Positions 36,938 through 45,404 of a stretch of DNA of 64,000 nt are shown here, in pieces. Every line of letters begins with the position of its first letter. Position 1 is the stretch's first letter. The stretch covers positions 3,840,001-3,904,000 of the forward strand of contig CAVUDP010000002.1 of the NCBI GenBank assembly GCA_963740315.1. The letters are read 5' to 3'. Source of the stretch: an uncultured cyanobacterium. GTDB taxonomy: Bacteria; Cyanobacteriota; Cyanobacteriia; Cyanobacteriales; Nostocaceae. The notes under the pieces are model-generated. The model was not told the DNA's origin. It made no database searches and worked only from the letters and a program-made list of their open reading frames with translations. Both the position numbers and the translations under genes were made by a program.

Positions 36938-39900
36938 TCAACGTTCGTCGCGTTCAATATCTTTAGTTATTTGAGCAGTCTTTTTCGGAGCAGGTAAATT
37001 TCGTCTATCAAATTTCCGTATTTGAGGATTGTAAGTGGCGATCGCCTTTCCCTGATTAGCGACAAAATCAACAATACCAATAGTTTGAGCGTCTTTAATC
37101 CCAATTACAATATCTGATGATTCTTTCATAAGTCCAATTGCATCTTCTACCGACGCATTGCCAATAAATTCAATATTTATATCCTTGTGTTCTACTGCAA
37201 GTTGTTCAATAGTTCTTAAAGCTGAAGACTCTGTGGGAAAGTTAGAAACATCAACAAACTGTACCCTCTTAGAACCCAACTCAGCAGCACGTTCAACAGC
37301 CCGCTTAAGCATATTGGACATCACTTGCTCTGTTAATGGTTGAAGTATACTATCTACAGATGCTTCAAAAAATAAAACGGTGCAAACCGGCTTATTACTT
37401 TCTTCATAATTTTTATTCTGCTGTTCCGGGGTAGTTTCAATTTGTGGAAACTTTACGGTAGAAGGGTCAATTACAATATCCGCATAGCTAGCAGGAGCAT
37501 TTTTTAAGGTACCTGAAAACGTAAATCCTTGAATTGACTTACCTACAGCATTGAGTTTTTCTTGTAAAAACTTGACTGATTTTTTATTAACGGTTCCTAA
37601 TATTTGATTATCAATCTTTGCAAAAACATTTGGTGCTTTATACGGGTTAGTTTGTCCTATAATTAAAGTAATATTCGCTTGTTCGTTCTGCCACTGACGA
37701 GATTTAAAAGCATATTTATTAACATTATCAATTTGCAATTTATTCTCTGGATTTTTAAAGCTAGTAATAATCACGCTTTTACTAGGAGGAGAATTGATGC
37801 TAGCAATCGCTTCACATCCAGGTAGTAAATGAGGAGAAGAACCATCAATAGTACCTAGCTTTTTACCTTCTACCATTATCCAACGTGCGGCTTGGGTGGG
37901 TGCGCGAGGATTAATACCATTTTCAAACTTAATTGCAACTTTTTCACCAGCAAAGTTTCTGTCAGCATAGTGATTAAACTGAGTACCAAGTACCCTCATT
38001 TGAGTAAACTGTAACTGATTTAGTTGACCTATAACTTCGTCAGGGAATACAGCGAATGCTATACCAGCCTTTTTTAGTCCTACATAATTTTTATTTTCTT
38101 CGGTATGACTAACATCATGAATTGCAGCTGCTAGAAGTAGCTTTTCATTATCCGGAGTGCTATTTATAATTGACTCGACGTATTCAAGAGTTTGCTGCTT
38201 CAAAGCATCAATCATACTATTACTAATACCGCTAAATAATTCCACTTTACCCTGCTTTATTGTCATTCCGGGTTTTAGGTTATGCTCTCGCATTGATTTC
38301 ATACTAATTGTGCCTATAGGAATATCAATATCTTTACCTGAAGATGTTGTAAATCTTGCTTTAGCAAAAAGAGGATTTGGTATTTTAGTAGTTGGTTCTC
38401 TAGAAGAAATTCGGATGCTCAACTCAGAAGCTTTCCAAAAATTATGATTTTTAGCTGCATCAAACTTAATTAAATTTGTAATTTCTAACTGTTTTCCACT
38501 AACAGGAGAAGTAATTATCAGGTAAGGTCCTTCAGCAATTTTTTGTCTTTCTTCTAGTTCGATACGGTTTCTGACTAATGAATTATAGCTATTCTTTATT
38601 TGTTTAGCTTGTTCTTTAAATGAATTAAACTCTATTTGTGGATAAAAACTTCTAAATTGCTCTATAGGTCTAGCAACTAACTGATTTTGTTCAAATACTT
38701 GGTTGGTTTGTTGGATCATCAAATCAATAGGACTATAACCATTTGTTTTCATTCCCCGATTAATAAATGCTTCTTTATCCTTCTTATCAGCCAACCATTC
38801 AACTTCCTTATAACTAGTTATAGCTTGACAATATTTAATAATTGATTCGTTAGGGCGCACAGCACTTTTACAACCATCAGTCGCTACTTGTAATTCATTA
38901 CCCAATTCGGCTACACAGTCAAATAATATTTTTTTAATTGAGTGTAATTGATGTCCTACTTGTGAGTATTCTAAATTTTTATTAAGTGTAGATGCTATCG
39001 GTGTTAACTGGTTTAGTATCTTTGAAGGTATTTCTAATTTACCTTGTTGGTGTCTTTTCAAGACATAATTAAAATTTGCTGAAACTCGTTGAAGATAATC
39101 ACATTTTTCTGATTTAGGTATTGTAGAAAGTTCGCATTGCAATGCAATATTTTTCTGAATTTCGTTAGCTATAATGCCAATTTTATTATCCATCGCAGAA
39201 ACAGTAATTTCTGCAAAGGTTCCTTGATAAGGTTCTTTTGCTTTTTTGACAATATCAGGGTATCTATTCTGGGGTAAGTTCTTTTGTTTTACTTCTTCTG
39301 CTAATATCGGAAATTCTTTGCTAGGTGCAAAAGCTAGTAAATCACCATCAAAATCGCATTGCATATTATCCATAGCTGTTTTTGGATTTATGTAAACGCA
39401 TCCCGATAGCGTTTGTGGAAGACGCTTATTTTTTAAAGTAATTACACCATTGGAATTGATTAAAGGTGAACGGGTAACTATTATTTCTTCTCCTTCTTTC
39501 AAGTAAGGAATACAAATTTCATTTGGCTGTAAATCTAAACTCGGTTGAGCTAAACCGGATGTAAACTTGATAGAACGTCCAGTAGCTATCTCTACCCATT
39601 GTTTGCGAGCAAAGTCCTTAAGGTCAGAAATAATTTTAGGATGTTCGATAAGTTGATAAAAATTTTCTGTATCGGCTTTTAATATAGAGTAAATTTTTAA
39701 ATCTTTTTGTCCTTTTCTACAGTTATCACATTCTTGAGTTTCTTCGATTTCCGAGTCGGAAACTAAATTATCAAACACAAATAATTTTTCATCTATATCT
39801 TGTTCAAAATCTTTATCTGAGTCCAATTTTGTTGCAGCAAGTTCTTTACGTCGAGAGCAACTTTCGATATATCTCTGTGCTAACTTTTTCGGGTCTTTTT

Positions 39901-40735
39901 GGTCTTGAGCCAGTTTTTCTGCTTGCTCTTTGATAATAGGAAGAATTTCATGTTTTACAGCTTGAGGATAATTAACTAATACCTGAGTTCCTAAACTATG
40001 CTCTCTGTACAAAGCTAAAGATTTCACACCTAAACCAAGGGAAAGTACATATTCTCCTGGCTTAATCGAATCTTCTCCTTTCCTCCCCTTGAAAGAAGAT
40101 GTTGCTAGTACCATATCGTAACCAATCTTGGAGCGGAGAGTACCATCCTTTAACTTACCACTCATCCGAAAAGAAGATTCCCCTAATCTGTCTAATCTTG
40201 CAGGAGCGAGCGTGCCCTTTGCAATTCGCATAACCTGACTTTCTTTTTGAGGTTTGATACCAAGTCGAAACTGAAAAGCACGCGGTTGTATATTGTTAGA
40301 AATTGCGAAATCTCTATCTATTAAACCCTTACAATCACCAACTAACTTTAGTGCATCATTCGCCGCTATAACATCACCGTTTTCTCCAGTAATATCATCA
40401 ATAACTAAAACTCTCACATCCCTTAATTCATGGAAACTTTGACAAGGTGTGAAAGGTAAAGGATAAGCTGCACCGTCAGAAGGATTAGGATACAATAGAG
40501 AGCGGACATCGGGATTATCGGCGAAGAACATTCTTGTACCAGACGAAAATTGTAAACTTCCAATTCCATCTAAATCTTCTTCCAGGTCTTCTGGTATTGT
40601 GGCATCAGGGTAAGCAATGCCGATGCTAAACTTAGTGTTAGGAAACAGATATTGTGCTAGTACCTTGTCTAGCTTTTGTTCGATACCTGTATCTTGTTTA
40701 GTTTTTGTATCAAATTGATTGAGCTTTAAAGCCAT
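36938..40735 (-). CDS. Single-chain two-barrel (double-psi beta-barrel) RNA polymerase, YonO / eukaryotic RdRP-like
   Basis: GDCKGLI, AFQFRLG, AKGTL, VTRSP and CDFDGD (39341-39355) appear in the order found in RdRP/YonO-type polymerases, followed by a long C-terminal extension. Confidence 0.8.
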   Translation of the reverse strand: MALKLNQFDTKTKQDTGIEQKLDKVLAQYLFPNTKFSIGIAYPDATIPEDLEEDLDGIGSLQFSSGTRMFFADNPDVRSLLYPNPSDGAAYPLPFTPCQSFHELRDVRVLVIDDITGENGDVIAANDALKLVGDCKGLIDRDFAISNNIQPRAFQFRLGIKPQKESQVMRIAKGTLAPARLDRLGESSFRMSGKLKDGTLRSKIGYDMVLATSSFKGRKGEDSIKPGEYVLSLGLGVKSLALYREHSLGTQVLVNYPQAVKHEILPIIKEQAEKLAQDQKDPKKLAQRYIESCSRRKELAATKLDSDKDFEQDIDEKLFVFDNLVSDSEIEETQECDNCRKGQKDLKIYSILKADTENFYQLIEHPKIISDLKDFARKQWVEIATGRSIKFTSGLAQPSLDLQPNEICIPYLKEGEEIIVTRSPLINSNGVITLKNKRLPQTLSGCVYINPKTAMDNMQCDFDGDLLAFAPSKEFPILAEEVKQKNLPQNRYPDIVKKAKEPYQGTFAEITVSAMDNKIGIIANEIQKNIALQCELSTIPKSEKCDYLQRVSANFNYVLKRHQQGKLEIPSKILNQLTPIASTLNKNLEYSQVGHQLHSIKKILFDCVAELGNELQVATDGCKSAVRPNESIIKYCQAITSYKEVEWLADKKDKEAFINRGMKTNGYSPIDLMIQQTNQVFEQNQLVARPIEQFRSFYPQIEFNSFKEQAKQIKNSYNSLVRNRIELEERQKIAEGPYLIITSPVSGKQLEITNLIKFDAAKNHNFWKASELSIRISSREPTTKIPNPLFAKARFTTSSGKDIDIPIGTISMKSMREHNLKPGMTIKQGKVELFSGISNSMIDALKQQTLEYVESIINSTPDNEKLLLAAAIHDVSHTEENKNYVGLKKAGIAFAVFPDEVIGQLNQLQFTQMRVLGTQFNHYADRNFAGEKVAIKFENGINPRAPTQAARWIMVEGKKLGTIDGSSPHLLPGCEAIASINSPPSKSVIITSFKNPENKLQIDNVNKYAFKSRQWQNEQANITLIIGQTNPYKAPNVFAKIDNQILGTVNKKSVKFLQEKLNAVGKSIQGFTFSGTLKNAPASYADIVIDPSTVKFPQIETTPEQQNKNYEESNKPVCTVLFFEASVDSILQPLTEQVMSNMLKRAVERAAELGSKRVQFVDVSNFPTESSALRTIEQLAVEHKDINIEFIGNASVEDAIGLMKESSDIVIGIKDAQTIGIVDFVANQGKAIATYNPQIRKFDRRNLPAPKKTAQITKDIERDER

Positions 40736-40818
40736 ATCAAAATCATTATCTTGAGTTAATAATTACTTCTTTAAAAAAGTTAAACAACAATATAATTGCA
40801 CTTGAGCCAGTAAATTTT

Positions 40819-41028
40819 ATGAAAGATCAAAAAAGGACGCATATTCCACAAACAAGTATCAGTCAGCTTTCTTATGGGATGACTCCCTCTGAACTTGTAA
40901 GTGAAGGATATGTAGATGTTGATTATTTCTATGACCCGGATGAAGAAGAATGGAAGAGAGAGGTAAAAAAAATGGAACAAATAGCTAGAGAAAGCAAGTT
41001 ATCCGATGATGATTACATAGAGATTTAA
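40819..41028 (+). CDS. Small acidic hypothetical protein
   Basis: 69-aa ATG ORF, D/E-rich, divergent from the polymerase gene. Confidence 0.55.
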   Translation: MKDQKRTHIPQTSISQLSYGMTPSELVSEGYVDVDYFYDPDEEEWKREVKKMEQIARESKLSDDDYIEI

Positions 41029-41059
41029 TCTTATTTTAGATTATGCAATAATTTAAGCG

Positions 41060-41776
41060 CTAAGAACCAAATTTACGTTTATCTGCCGGAACCACCCAAA
41101 TGGTGCAAAATCCTGACCTGGCTTTGCGGTTATATTGCGATAAAACTACTCCTAACTTTTGAGCATCTTTAATACATTCCTTATTATCCAAGTAACCGCG
41201 ATTCCAATTAATTAAATCCTTCGCAAATTTACCTTCACTCGACATTGCCCATTTCATTGCATCTACTTCTTCCCAGGTCAAATTATCTGATTGGACTAAA
41301 CTGTACCCTTTCCCTAATACACCAAAAATCCAAGGTGGTATTGTGACTCCACCTATAAAACCTGCTCCAAAAATTAGAAAGAATACAATAGCAGCCGGAT
41401 AAATAGAATTGATAATATTGCGACCTTCACGAACCAAAGATTCATGAATCAAAGCTTGTGCTGCTCGGTTAATTGCTACTTTCTGTCTTTGGACGGCGAC
41501 TTGTTCTACTGTTTCTAAATTCTTGGCTAAATCTTGATTCCAAGTTTTGAAAAGTACTCTTAATGTTTCTGGTGCATCCTGTAACATTGCTTCCAATTGT
41601 CCGGTAGCAACCAGTACCAGAAATAATGGGTCATCTTTTGATAAGCCACTTCTAAAAGCGAAATCCACTACTCGCTGCTTGAACTCTTCACTCTTCCCTT
41701 TCAAAGCTTCAGCAAGCAACTCATCGGGAGTTTTGGGTTTTTCTTCATTACTTTTTGAAGTATCACCCGTACTCAT
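41060..41776 (-). CDS. DUF6753-like membrane-anchored protein
   Basis: GLSKDDPLFLVLVATGQLE, one TM, WAMSSEGKFAK..WN..C..C. Coupled to the upstream ATPase. Confidence 0.65.
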   Translation of the reverse strand: MSTGDTSKSNEEKPKTPDELLAEALKGKSEEFKQRVVDFAFRSGLSKDDPLFLVLVATGQLEAMLQDAPETLRVLFKTWNQDLAKNLETVEQVAVQRQKVAINRAAQALIHESLVREGRNIINSIYPAAIVFFLIFGAGFIGGVTIPPWIFGVLGKGYSLVQSDNLTWEEVDAMKWAMSSEGKFAKDLINWNRGYLDNKECIKDAQKLGVVLSQYNRKARSGFCTIWVVPADKRKFGS

Positions 41777-42774
41777 TGAATCAACTCCGTTGCAGCTAAA
41801 GAAGCATAAGCCACTTTGAGGAAATTTTTTACCCGCTGCTTAGGAATGACTTTCAGCTCGGGGTGTGCGATCGCCATATCAAAAGTTATCCCTAAACGGT
41901 CAATCATATTACGTTCCCAAAATGGGAATTTGGGAAAATCCATAACTATAAAATTGTAATCATCGATAGCCGATTGAAATTCTGGCATCTGGTTTATATA
42001 CTCCCATTCATCGCACAATCCTTGATTTCTCACAAACACATGAATAATGTCATTTCCAAAATCATCTAAAGATTGGAGAAAGAAATTCACCGAATCAACT
42101 CCTCCCATACAAACAAACCATTTGATAAACTTAATTGAATTGTCTTTACCCAGATTAACTAAATCATTACGTTGTATCCAATCAGTAACATTGGAATAAA
42201 CTTGAGCGGGTAGATTAACAAGTACAGATTTTTCAAAAGCTAAATCGAATATTTTATCGGCTTTGGATGCCAGCTTTTCATCATCACTAAAAAAAGCAAC
42301 TTCAACATTCGGATAAATTGTAGCTATGTCTTTGTTGCTGATATCCGCATCAACAATTGCAATATCGTAAGCGATAGAATTACAGTATTCAACAAATGTC
42401 CTACTGAAAAACGATTTACCACACCCCCCTTTTTCTCCATCAATAAGATGAATAATTGTTGGCTCTTTGAAACTATTTTCCTTCTCTACTCTCACAAAAC
42501 CATTAGTTGATGTTTGTTGATTTTCATCGCTGTTATCATTACTTGTACTAGGCTCTACCTCTGCGTTTCCATTGATTGGAGGTTCTGTAATTTCTTTATT
42601 GACGAACGAGCCATCAATTTCTTTATCCCAATCATAATTTTCTTCATTTGTCGGCAATTCATTGTTATCCACATTTAATTTTTCGGAATTATTTTCAATC
42701 TGCATATCTTCTCGAAGAGTTAAAGTAGTTTTTCTAGGTCTGCCTCTTTTTCTTTTCATTTTTCTATAACTCAT
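41773..42774 (-). CDS. MobD/StbB-like ParA-MinD-fold P-loop protein with an N-terminal AT-hook
   Basis: IHLIDGEKGGCGKS, IVDAD..N, VLVNLPA; N-terminal KRKRGRPRK and an acidic linker. Confidence 0.75.
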   Translation of the reverse strand: MSYRKMKRKRGRPRKTTLTLREDMQIENNSEKLNVDNNELPTNEENYDWDKEIDGSFVNKEITEPPINGNAEVEPSTSNDNSDENQQTSTNGFVRVEKENSFKEPTIIHLIDGEKGGCGKSFFSRTFVEYCNSIAYDIAIVDADISNKDIATIYPNVEVAFFSDDEKLASKADKIFDLAFEKSVLVNLPAQVYSNVTDWIQRNDLVNLGKDNSIKFIKWFVCMGGVDSVNFFLQSLDDFGNDIIHVFVRNQGLCDEWEYINQMPEFQSAIDDYNFIVMDFPKFPFWERNMIDRLGITFDMAIAHPELKVIPKQRVKNFLKVAYASLAATELIQ

Positions 42775-43016
42775 AGGATTAACAAAGTTGATTAGCGTTG
42801 AAAATTGTAATTAGGGTTAGGCAATAGGCAGTCGGCAGTAGTGATAATGCTTTAAAACTTACTTTATTATGTATAAATCCAGCATGTAGATAACTTGAAA
42901 GCAGTTCCGATAAACAACAATTTATGTTCTTTGGGAAAGCTACGCTAACACTTCCAATAATATAAGTATTAGTATTTTTCCACTGCCTACTGCCTTCTTT
43001 GTGATTCAAAATGTTT

Positions 43017-43379
43017 CTACATGAAATTACTCAAACCCGCATCATCATAAACATGATTTTCTGTATCTTTGCTTCTAGAATTAGAAATTGATGGATATTG
43101 GGTTAAAAATGTCGGAGCATCTTCTAACGAAGCTAACTCAATAATTTCTTGTGCTTGCTTCCTGAGAGCTTTAATACAACTTTTAGCTACCCGCTGTACT
43201 TCTTTTTCATCCTCTGAATCATTAGCTATAGCCTGAGTTAGCCAAAATGAACGCACTGCTACAAGCATCATTTGAGTTTTACTAGTCATCAGATTGGACT
43301 GAATATAACTCATTAATTGGACATCCATTGGTTTACACGGTTGATAGCGCCAACGGAAATCTATTTGTTTTAACATCAA
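43017..43379 (-). CDS. Putative ParR-like adaptor / DNA-binding protein
   Basis: Small ORF overlapping the parM stop, with an N-terminal beta-strand pattern (IDFRWRY). Confidence 0.5.
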   Translation of the reverse strand: MMLKQIDFRWRYQPCKPMDVQLMSYIQSNLMTSKTQMMLVAVRSFWLTQAIANDSEDEKEVQRVAKSCIKALRKQAQEIIELASLEDAPTFLTQYPSISNSRSKDTENHVYDDAGLSNFM

Positions 43380-44482
43380 CTTACCTGTTGTGAAAAATAT
43401 AAAAACACGCTGTAAACATCAGCCAAACGACTTCCTAAACCGAAGCTATCAACTTGTGTTGGAATATCTGCTCCTACTCCCCATAAACAAGGTGTTCCAT
43501 TATAGTGAGAATTTAGCTCTCTCCTCACATAGTCAGCAGTTCCACCGCAAAACAAGATTTCAGAAACAATTGAACGGGGAACAACTTGGTCTAACCAGCT
43601 TGTAAGTACTGCTGCATATTCATTCCGAGCAAGCTTTATAGCCTGTTGTATTTGCATCAATTCATGGCGTTTATTGATATTAATAGTGCTTTTCAATAAC
43701 TTAGTTAAAGGTGTAGTAGAGATATCGCTACCAGCAGCCACTACAGCAGGAGCTAGTTGCGAAGCATTTTGTCCGGAAGTTCTAGCAACAACTTTCTCTA
43801 ATAATCGAATCATTCCTAATTCGCTTGTCTTTCCATCGGGTGCAACTATCCCCTTATCACTGATTAATACCGATGCATTCCTATAACCAACCATCACCAA
43901 CCCAATAGTTTTAGTTTTGATTTGCTGTCCTAATTTCTTCTGGTAGGCAAGATATATTCCCGCACCTTCAGGTAAACACTTGAATTCGGTCAATTTAACC
44001 TGGATTTTTCCTGTTGGAGTTATAAAACCAGAAAGTATTGCTTGAAGATTTCTATGAAAAATATCTCTATTTTCAAATTCTCCTGGTGGCAGCAAACAAA
44101 TAAGAGCCAGTCGAAATTTTTGACCTAACTGAAGTTTCTCTGAGATAGCCCAGACGAAAGCTAATGTTTTCGCAATTGCACGTTCGTACTTTAATTCTTG
44201 TAATCCCTGATTTGCATAATACTTACTTTTCGCCAAATATCCCACAGCGAAAGTTTCACCCATGTAATTAACCCATGCAGCATTTTCTGGTTCGGTTGCA
44301 CCCAAAATAGAGGTAGCTACTGAATCCAAATAAATTTTTACTACTTCCGGTTCCATTACCAAAGATGCTGTTTGATTTTGCTTCAACGTACAATAAATGC
44401 CTTTGGTTGCACTTCCTCCAAAATCTAAAGCCAGAATTAATAAGGGAGATGAATTATTTTTTTGTTGAGTGTTTTTACTCAT
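43376..44482 (-). CDS. parM: ParM/StbA actin-like plasmid segregation ATPase
   Basis: LALDFGGSATK (phosphate 1), LPEGAG, MVGYRN (phosphate 2), FCGGTA (adenosine). Confidence 0.85.
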   Translation of the reverse strand: MSKNTQQKNNSSPLLILALDFGGSATKGIYCTLKQNQTASLVMEPEVVKIYLDSVATSILGATEPENAAWVNYMGETFAVGYLAKSKYYANQGLQELKYERAIAKTLAFVWAISEKLQLGQKFRLALICLLPPGEFENRDIFHRNLQAILSGFITPTGKIQVKLTEFKCLPEGAGIYLAYQKKLGQQIKTKTIGLVMVGYRNASVLISDKGIVAPDGKTSELGMIRLLEKVVARTSGQNASQLAPAVVAAGSDISTTPLTKLLKSTININKRHELMQIQQAIKLARNEYAAVLTSWLDQVVPRSIVSEILFCGGTADYVRRELNSHYNGTPCLWGVGADIPTQVDSFGLGSRLADVYSVFLYFSQQVS

Positions 44483-44759
44483 AAAATTTAATTAATTTAA
44501 TGCGGCAACTTCAAGGAAAGCAAAGGAAAATAAAGGTAGATTATTAATCAAACTTATGGACTTCTCGGTTATTTTCATCTCCATTTTCCTTATAATTCCT
44601 TTTTACTGTTTACTCTTCATAACACCTGTCTAGATACTATGGTTAAAGGATTTGAAGGATAAAACACAGTCTTAAATGACTAAATTCGGTGGTAATTTGG
44701 GCAAATATTAAATACAGCGTTAAAAATACGGCATAAAATATTCCAGCTTTTTATTAGTT

Positions 44760-44787
44760 ACAAAGGTGAAACACACTACACCTTTGT
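44760..44787 (-). other. Putative MOBV origin of transfer (oriT) hairpin; predicted nick between 44772 and 44771 on the minus strand
   Basis: The minus strand reads ACAAAGGTG-TAGTGTG^TTT-CACCTTTGT, a 9-bp stem whose loop matches the pMV158-family nic TAGTGTG^TT. It lies upstream of the MobV gene. Confidence 0.7.
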
Positions 44788-45404
44788 TTTGGATGATGAC
44801 TGAGAAATAATAAAGAGATATCACGTTAAAAATTAAATTGCTCATATTTCTTTATTCCCGAATAATGGTTTACCGGCGCAGCACATCTGATTAACAAAGC
44901 TAATAGCTCAAATATTCCGTCTTGTTCGTTATTTCTCATTAATTCAATAAAAACCTTAATTACCTTGTTAGCAAACTAATACTAATTTCTGCAATATAAC
45001 TAAAGGCAGATAATACACTTAGACAAAAAGTATCTAAAAATATCAGTATAAAAGCAGCGACAGTTAAACTTACATCAATTAAAATTGTTGTATTGCTATA
45101 TTTATTTCTATGCTTATATCTAGGAGCATTATCTTAAAACTTTGCTTCTGTATAATTACCAGTTTTGACCATATAAAGATGTTTGATATATTAACTTGAA
45201 AAAGTCGCAAAAATAGCAATCGTAAGTCTTTATACACAATTGCAATGAATAAAATCTTACTTATTTTATTTAAAAATCACGTAATTAAAAAGATATATAT
45301 TTTGGCTATTTTTAGATATTTTTGGACAACAATTCTGCATACTTATCAATAAATGCGATAACAGTAAATAAAATTAATTCTTATTATTTTCTTAAATAAA
45401 AAAC

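Noticed and set aside
36938..40735. Viral palm-domain RdRP, reverse transcriptase or host rpoC fragment
   Set aside because: There is no GDD/YxDD palm motif set and no NADFDGD context or other rpoC blocks. The motif order fits single-chain two-barrel enzymes.
42779..43009. 76-aa ORF between parR and the ATPase
   Set aside because: It is built partly from STRR-like heptamers (LLPTAYCL), has a TTG start and lacks coding features.
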